From Vulcanimicrobiota bacterium (lineage in GTDB: Bacteria > Vulcanimicrobiota > Xenobia > Xenobiales > JADMJV01), in NCBI GenBank assembly GCA_050250895.1, contig JBFWNU010000002.1, positions 567,659-631,658 on the forward strand: a DNA stretch of 64,000 bases. The letters run 5' to 3'. A program made the position numbers and the translations under genes. Below are positions 58,185 through 64,000 of the stretch, in pieces; positions within the stretch are counted from its first letter, which is position 1; each line of letters begins with the position of its first letter. The notes under the pieces were generated by a model that ran no database searches, was not told the DNA's origin, and saw only the letters and a program-made list of their open reading frames with translations.

Positions 58185-58789
58185 CAGGCATTCAGGCCGT
58201 CTTCGGCCAGATAGTGGTCTAAATGATGGGCCCGGTCTTCACAGCCGTCGAGCACGTGCTCGAGCAGGCGGGCGGTGCCGAAGTCGTGGCCTTCGCGAGC
58301 GGCCGCGATGGTCGTGCGCAGCGTCTGGCACAGGACCTGTTCAGCCGCCAGGTCGTTTTTGAGCATGGTCCGTACCGGGAAATAGCCTTCGGGCTCGTGC
58401 TCGATGTAAGAATGCTTGGCCAGGGCCGTCGGGCTCGAGGTGGGGATGCCGCCGAGGAAGGTCATCCGCTCGGCCAGAGCATCGAGGTCCTTCTGGACGG
58501 CCGTGTAAGAAGCCTCGAGGTAGAGGTGCAGGTCGCGAAATTGGGGGCCTTCGACCAGCCAGTGATGTTTCTGATACTGGTGATAGAGCACGTACATGGA
58601 GCACTGGTGACGATCGAGTTCGTCGGCCAGCTGTTCCGCCAGCTTCTGATCGAGAGCGATGACGTTCTGTTCTTTGCTGTTTGGCTTCCTTTCGGGTTTC
58701 TTCTTTTCGATCTTGGGATCGATTTCTTTGAGAACTTTATCAAGCATTTGCATGGGGATAGTCTCCTTTCTTTGTTTCAGTCTAGACAT
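58184..58789 (-). CDS. dps: Dps/DpsA ferritin-like protein
   Basis: HQYQKHHWLVEGPQFRDLH, DALAER, EDRAHHL. Confidence 0.9.
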   Translation of the reverse strand: MSRLKQRKETIPMQMLDKVLKEIDPKIEKKKPERKPNSKEQNVIALDQKLAEQLADELDRHQCSMYVLYHQYQKHHWLVEGPQFRDLHLYLEASYTAVQKDLDALAERMTFLGGIPTSSPTALAKHSYIEHEPEGYFPVRTMLKNDLAAEQVLCQTLRTTIAAAREGHDFGTARLLEHVLDGCEDRAHHLDHYLAEDGLNA

Positions 58790-58928
58790 CCAGGCCCAGG
58801 GCGGCAGCCCGCGGTGGGTTCGCTCCCCCCTATCCCAGGGTATGGGCCTGACCTCTATCCGCTGGCGGGGGCGGGGCGCGTCCTAATAGGTGTGGCCGGA
58901 TAAGCCAAGGCTGAGCAATCCTGTAGCT

Positions 58929-60614
58929 ATGAACGCAGGAAACGTTGTCCCCGGCCATTTCAAGCTTTATCGTGAGTTGCTCGAAGTGCTGGTTCGCCAC
59001 GGCGGCAAAGCCATGCTCGAGCGCACCCCCGTGCCCGATTGGGTGAACGACCGCGAGGTCGAGGCGGGGCCGGCCCGCCTGGCCGAAGACCTCGAGAAAC
59101 TGGGTCCCACCTTCGTCAAGCTGGGTCAGTTGCTGTCCACTCGATCCGACTTTCTTTCCCACGACTATCTGCGGGCCCTCGAGCGCCTGCAAGACAACGT
59201 CGAACCTCTGTCCTATGTGGAGGTGGCCACGGTGATCGAGAGCGAACTGGGTGAGCCCCCCGACCAGGTCTTCGAGCATTTCGAGCGGTTGCCGCTAGCC
59301 TCGGCTTCGCTGGGCCAGGTGCACCGGGCCCGCTTGCCCGGGGGCCACCAGGTAGTGGTCAAGATTCAACGGCCCCACATTCGCGAGCGCGTCAAGCAAG
59401 AGTTGCAGGTGCTCAGCGAGGTCAGCAGTACCCTCGATAACCACTCGCGCACGGCCCGACGCTATCAGTTGCGCCAGATGGTCGAAGAGTTGTCCACCTC
59501 GCTCACGCGCGAACTCGACTACTATCTCGAGGCCCGCAATCTCGAACACTTTCGCCTTCAGCTGAAGTCATACGAAGAGCTGATGGTCCCTCGCCCCCAT
59601 CCCGATTTCTCCACCGACCGGGTTTTGACCATGGACTATGTCGAGGGCGAGAAGCTTCCCGAAGACGCGACCTTGATCTCTTTGTCGGCAGAGCACCGCG
59701 AGAGGCTGGCGGATAGGCTCTTTCAGGCCTACCTCAACCAGGTGCTCTACCACGGCACCTACCATGCCGATCCCCACCCTGGCAACGTCTTGATCACCCC
59801 CGACGGGCGGCTCTGCCTCCTAGACCTCGGCATGGTCGGACACATGCCGGGAGGGTTGCAAGTCGTGTTGGCCAGGCTGCTGTTGGCCATCGGGGAACGC
59901 GATGGCGATACGGTGGCCGAAACGGCCCTCGACGCCAGCGGACGCGGCGAGCGCTGCGACGAAACCCGCTTTCGCCGCCGCATTGCCGAAATGGTGGCTG
60001 ACCATCATCAGCAGCCAATCGAGCGGATGCAATCTGGCCAGTTGATCCTCAACATCTGCGAGGCCGCCAGCGACAATGGGATTCAGGTTCCTTACGAGTT
60101 GACGATGCTGGCCAAGACCCTGCTCAATCTTGACGAGATCGGCCGCCGACTGGCGCCGCAATTTAATCCTTCTGACGCCCTGAGGCGGCACGCTCCCCCA
60201 ATCCTGCTCCGTCGCCTCGACTCCGAGTTCAACCAGACCCTGGTGCTCGACCAGGCGCTTGAACTGCGTAGCTTTCTCAAGGACGGGCCTCGATTGTTCA
60301 ATAACATCCTCCACGACCTCGAGCGGGGCACCTTCACGGTCCGGGTGGACGCCATCGATGAGCGCGAGTTGTTGGTGAGCTTTCAGAAGATCGCCAATCG
60401 GGTGGCCGTGGGCCTGGTCATGGGGGCCCTGATCCTGGGAGCGGCTCTGATGATGGGAGTCAAGACGGCCGGCCCCACCATCTTTGGCTATCCCTCTTTT
60501 GCCGTAGTCTGCTTTCTGGGCGCAGCCGCCAGTGGAGGCTGGCTGGTTTGGAACGTCATTCGGCAGGACCGCACCTCGGGCAAAGAGATGCATAAACCGC
60601 TGAGAAGCCGATAA
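58929..60614 (+). CDS. AarF/UbiB (ABC1) family atypical kinase
   Basis: LGPTFVKLGQ, ASASLGQVH, VKIQRP, HADPHPGN, DLGM. Confidence 0.93.
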   Translation: MNAGNVVPGHFKLYRELLEVLVRHGGKAMLERTPVPDWVNDREVEAGPARLAEDLEKLGPTFVKLGQLLSTRSDFLSHDYLRALERLQDNVEPLSYVEVATVIESELGEPPDQVFEHFERLPLASASLGQVHRARLPGGHQVVVKIQRPHIRERVKQELQVLSEVSSTLDNHSRTARRYQLRQMVEELSTSLTRELDYYLEARNLEHFRLQLKSYEELMVPRPHPDFSTDRVLTMDYVEGEKLPEDATLISLSAEHRERLADRLFQAYLNQVLYHGTYHADPHPGNVLITPDGRLCLLDLGMVGHMPGGLQVVLARLLLAIGERDGDTVAETALDASGRGERCDETRFRRRIAEMVADHHQQPIERMQSGQLILNICEAASDNGIQVPYELTMLAKTLLNLDEIGRRLAPQFNPSDALRRHAPPILLRRLDSEFNQTLVLDQALELRSFLKDGPRLFNNILHDLERGTFTVRVDAIDERELLVSFQKIANRVAVGLVMGALILGAALMMGVKTAGPTIFGYPSFAVVCFLGAAASGGWLVWNVIRQDRTSGKEMHKPLRSR

Positions 60615-60695
60615 GTTTCCTGGTCCGATCGTACTATACTCGCGCTTGACCTGACCTGCTATGTTGTTAGATGATCCTGACATCGGAGAGGTCGT

Positions 60696-61958
60696 TTGAA
60701 GCATCTAACAACTTTCTTGGCATTCTGGCTGGTCATCATCGCGGCTCTACCGGGCCTGGCCAAGCCACCACGGGCGGGGGAGAAGGTCCAAAGGGTTTTG
60801 AGCCTGTTGCGGGATCGCTCCATCCAGGCTCCCGCCTACGACGGCCTGGCGCGGGCCGCACGCGACGGCGCCGTGCGCGAATGGAAGTTGCGCGGCGGGC
60901 AGAGTGCGGACCTGACCCTCGAGCAATTGCTCGAGCAGCATCCAGAACTCGAAGAAGCCGCTTTGCGGGCGGCCGTCGAGCAGTTGCACGATCATTACAG
61001 CACCTATCTGTCGGCCGACGACTTCGCCCAGTTGCTCGAGAGTCTCGAGGCCGACAGTAGTGGGGGCGTGGGCCTTTACGTGGTCGAGGATGCCAGCGCG
61101 ACCGACGGCTTGCTGGTGTTGGATGTGGCCGAAGGGTCACCGGCCCAGAAGGCTGGCATTCTGGTCGGGGATGTCGTGCTGGCCGTCAATGGCAAAGGCT
61201 CGCCCGAACTCGGGGTCAACGCCGTCCGCTCCATGTTGGGTGGTCAGCCGGGCACGGCGGTTGCGCTGCGGATGCGCCGCCAGGAGGGGCGCCGGGAAGT
61301 GTCGCTTCAGCGCCAGCGGCTGGCGGAGTCCACCGTCAGCTATCGCCTGCTGCAAGGGGCCTCCGGCCAGAATATTGGCTACATCCGCATTCGTGTGTTC
61401 GGAAACTCCACTCCGACCGAGGTCGCCCGAGCCCTCAAGTCCCTGCGAGCCCAGAATCTGGCCGGGATGGTGCTGGACCTTCGCAATAACGGAGGCGGAT
61501 ATCTCGAGGCGGCTGTCGAGACTTGCTCTTTGCTGATGCCAGCGGGTCGGCGGGTGGTCTCGGTGGTAACCCGTGACGGCTCGGCCGTCGGCCATGACAC
61601 CCACAGCCCGCCGGGTTGGCTCTTCCAACCGCCGCCGCTAGTGGTGCTGGTCAACGAACACACGGCCAGCGCCGCCGAGATCACCACGGCGGCTTTGCGG
61701 GAGCACCGCTATTGCCAGGTGGTTGGTCACCGCAGCTTCGGCAAAGCCACGGTCCAGAATATCATCCAACTCGATGATGGCTCGGCTCTCAAGCTGACCA
61801 CGGCCCGCTACCGAACGGCGGCTGGGGCCGACATCGACGGTCGGGGCCTGGATCCCGACTTGACCGTGTCGGGCAGCCTTACCCAGCTTTGGTCCTCGAA
61901 GGACCCGCAGCTTGACCAGGCGCTTCGTTTGTTGGCGCCGAGCAGTGCTGTCCGGTAG
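60696..61958 (+). CDS. S41 C-terminal processing peptidase (CtpA-like)
   Basis: Signal peptide, PDZ domain, DLRNNGGG, TASAAEI, SFGK. Confidence 0.92.
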   Translation: MKHLTTFLAFWLVIIAALPGLAKPPRAGEKVQRVLSLLRDRSIQAPAYDGLARAARDGAVREWKLRGGQSADLTLEQLLEQHPELEEAALRAAVEQLHDHYSTYLSADDFAQLLESLEADSSGGVGLYVVEDASATDGLLVLDVAEGSPAQKAGILVGDVVLAVNGKGSPELGVNAVRSMLGGQPGTAVALRMRRQEGRREVSLQRQRLAESTVSYRLLQGASGQNIGYIRIRVFGNSTPTEVARALKSLRAQNLAGMVLDLRNNGGGYLEAAVETCSLLMPAGRRVVSVVTRDGSAVGHDTHSPPGWLFQPPPLVVLVNEHTASAAEITTAALREHRYCQVVGHRSFGKATVQNIIQLDDGSALKLTTARYRTAAGADIDGRGLDPDLTVSGSLTQLWSSKDPQLDQALRLLAPSSAVR

Positions 61959-62033
61959 GATGCCCCCCCGTTTATCCTCCAGACCGTTTCGGACCATGGC
62001 TCCTCTGTGGTCTGATAGTGATCGGAGGATGAC

Positions 62034-62369
62034 ATGCAACTACTGGCTTTCGACCGCGAAACGGCTTTGAAGCGCTTTGGCTCGCGCCACGTGCTCAAAG
62101 AGGCGATTCGCGCCTTCCTCGAAGAATCGCCCAAGCTGACGGACCGCCTCGAAGCCCACGCGCTGGCGGGAGATCTCGAGCAGATGGCGGCGATGGGTCA
62201 CTGCCTAAAAGGCTCGTTGGCGATGCTCGAGGCGCGGGAGTCCGTCGACGCCGCCGACGAAATGCGGCGCTGGGCGCGCCAGGGCAACCGAGTTCAAGCC
62301 ATGGCCGCCTGGAGTCGTCTGGTGGGCGCCATCGGGCGTCTGCGACAGGAGTTGCGCCAGGCAGGTTAG
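62034..62369 (+). CDS. Hpt-domain protein
   Basis: HCLKGS motif in a helical 111-aa protein; GGAGG RBS. Confidence 0.85.
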   Translation: MQLLAFDRETALKRFGSRHVLKEAIRAFLEESPKLTDRLEAHALAGDLEQMAAMGHCLKGSLAMLEARESVDAADEMRRWARQGNRVQAMAAWSRLVGAIGRLRQELRQAG

Positions 62370-62403
62370 TTTCGTCCCGACCGGCTACGGGAACGAAATA
62401 GCG

Positions 62404-63021
62404 ATGAGAGCCCGTGCCTCCCTACGTCGTTGGACTGACCGCGCCCAGAAATGGTGGCCCGGCGAGGCACGCCCGGACACCTTGCCGTTAAAGTCTAATC
62501 CCCAGCCAGCCGAACCGAGAGACGCCCTCAGTCTGCTGGCCTTGTTCGCTCCGGCCTTGCTCTTCGGGGCGGGCCTCGGCTACTTAGGGTGGTCCGACTC
62601 GCGCTTTGACTGGGTCGGCCAACCCCAGCGCCATCCGTGGCAACTGTGGGCGCTCACGCTGTTCGGGGTGGTAGCCACTACCGGCGGCCTGGCCGATTGG
62701 TATTTCCACCGCTGCTTTGTTTCGGCAGGCCCAAAAGAGCGCCGGAGCCACCTCCTGGCTCTGGCCACCGGAGGCTTTCCCCTGGCCGTCTTGATGGGCT
62801 GGGCCTCGCTGGTTCCCGACCCTCGTTTTCTCTTGCTGCCGATTCTGGTGGTCACCCTTTACACCACCACGCTCATCTGTTATGACGAATTTGTCTTCCA
62901 TCGCAAGCGCTGCAAGCGGCTCGAGACCCTGATGCACCGGTTGCTGGTCTTCGGCAACGGCGGAGCATGGCTTGCCTGGATGCATTGGTTATTCGTCGAG
63001 GGAGGTGTCTATGGAGGCTAG
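62404..63021 (+). CDS. Hypothetical membrane protein
   Basis: Several TM helices with DWYFH, ERRSH, YDEFVFH and ETLMH motifs. Confidence 0.7.
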   Translation: MRARASLRRWTDRAQKWWPGEARPDTLPLKSNPQPAEPRDALSLLALFAPALLFGAGLGYLGWSDSRFDWVGQPQRHPWQLWALTLFGVVATTGGLADWYFHRCFVSAGPKERRSHLLALATGGFPLAVLMGWASLVPDPRFLLLPILVVTLYTTTLICYDEFVFHRKRCKRLETLMHRLLVFGNGGAWLAWMHWLFVEGGVYGG

Positions 63022-63544
63022 CCAACTGCTCAAGAGAGCCATGGCCATCTATGACGACCCCGCGAGCGGGCTGGCTCAGACCGCCTCTCAGGCCGGTCGC
63101 CAGGGCTTTCTTTCGGGAGCCCAATGGATGAATCAGGCCCTGGGGGTGGTCAGAGGACGTCCCACCTTGATGCGCCCCGCCAACTATCAGGGACTCGGTT
63201 TCTTCAAGTATGGCCTCGCCACGGCTGCCGCCCTGACGGCTCTCTTCGTCGCCTATCAAGTCGGGCGATGGGATTTCCTTGGTCTGGTGCCGCTGGCGTT
63301 CTATGCGGTAGAAGCCCAGTTCGTCTTTCTCTTTCCGCTGGTTCTCGATGGCTCGCCCACGCCGGTGAAAGACTCGCTGGCCCTGACGGCGCGGGCCGGA
63401 GGAACCATCCAGGTGATGGCCACGGTGGTGCCCATTGCTTGCGTGATGCTGTTTGGAGGTTTCGTGGGGCAGGGCTTCGTGCGTTGTTGGTGCGTGGGGT
63501 GTCTGGCCGTGGTGCTGTGGTATGAGGACGTGCTCGACATTTGA
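63011..63544 (+). CDS. Hypothetical membrane protein
   Basis: GGAGG RBS before ATG 63011; hydrophobic. Confidence 0.7.
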   Translation: MEASQLLKRAMAIYDDPASGLAQTASQAGRQGFLSGAQWMNQALGVVRGRPTLMRPANYQGLGFFKYGLATAAALTALFVAYQVGRWDFLGLVPLAFYAVEAQFVFLFPLVLDGSPTPVKDSLALTARAGGTIQVMATVVPIACVMLFGGFVGQGFVRCWCVGCLAVVLWYEDVLDI

Positions 63545-64000
63545 GTGGGCTGCCTCGGGCCAACTGCTGGTTCGGCGTGAAAGCCTCGGGTTGGCGTTGG
63601 GTCTCGACCTGCTCTACGTCAGCGACCTGCACTTGCGGGCCGGTTTGCCGATGCGGCTCGAAGCTCAGGTGATCGAGGCGGCCCAACAGAGCCGACCCGA
63701 TCACATCCTGCTGGGGGGCGATCTGGTCGACTCCGCCTCGGGTCTGGGTCGGCTGGCCGACCTGGTCGCCAACCTGGCTCGCCTGGCCCCGGTGGGCGCG
63801 GTGGCCGGCAACCACGACCGGATGGTGGGCAAAGAGCGCGTTCGGCAGGTCGTTTGTGAGGCGGGTGCCAACTGGCTAGAGGACGGCGGCGACGGTTTGA
63901 TTTCAGGACGGCCCGAAAAGGGAGCAACCGTGCTTTGTGCCCACGACCCGGCCGTCATCGAATTCGTCCCTCCGACCACTCGACTGGTGCTGGCCGGGCA
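63522..64000 (+). CDS. Metallophosphoesterase, partial (runs off the window)
   Basis: My own translation gives YVSDLH, GGDLVD, GNHD, HDP and LAG. Confidence 0.85.
   Translation, partial: MRTCSTFEWAASGQLLVRRESLGLALGLDLLYVSDLHLRAGLPMRLEAQVIEAAQQSRPDHILLGGDLVDSASGLGRLADLVANLARLAPVGAVAGNHDRMVGKERVRQVVCEAGANWLEDGGDGLISGRPEKGATVLCAHDPAVIEFVPPTTRLVLAG

Noticed and set aside
1-64000. tRNA, rRNA, transposase, integrase or prophage genes
   Set aside because: None recognisable; intergenic gaps are short apart from the repeat arrays.

Overview
GC-rich (roughly two-thirds G+C by eye), gene-dense bacterial chromosomal window with about 55 supportable CDSs. I see no rRNA, tRNA, transposase, integrase or CRISPR-cas. 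The gene style is reminiscent of Eremiobacterota/WPS-2-like genomes, but that is only an impression. In order: (1) 1-9.7 kb, a stress/dormancy-type cluster (ftsH end, PilB/GspE ATPase fused to a CBS pair, Rv2004c-like kinase, USP, degenerate Lon, PRTase, HPF, CBS, flavodoxin). (2) 9.7-15.6 kb, a CarF/FAD4-family desaturase and two divergent LLM oxidoreductases, separated by modular arrays of C(GNA)G mini-hairpins; a third array lies before glpK. (3) 16.1-21.1 kb, a 1672-aa protein with five annexin repeats, a hydrophobic Gly/Ala segment, 72-aa tandem repeats and a calpain/papain-like Cys protease domain. (4) 21.2-30.1 kb, a RiPP-like glyco-modification locus with no lasso cyclase (PqqD/RRE with its own leader-like tail, two HPrK-like kinases, two nucleotidyltransferases, three GT2s, ABC exporter, epimerase). 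(5) 33.7-39.9 kb, an elongasome operon with an MreB-like/MreC fusion. (6) Harpin-like peptidoglycan hydrolases, glpKD, two-component genes, clpP-hemE-hemY, dps, an AarF/UbiB kinase and a CtpA-like protease. The best candidates for undescribed biology are the annexin-protease protein, the hairpin arrays, the RRE-tail locus and the MreB-MreC fusion. All domain calls come from reading motifs by eye, not from database searches.
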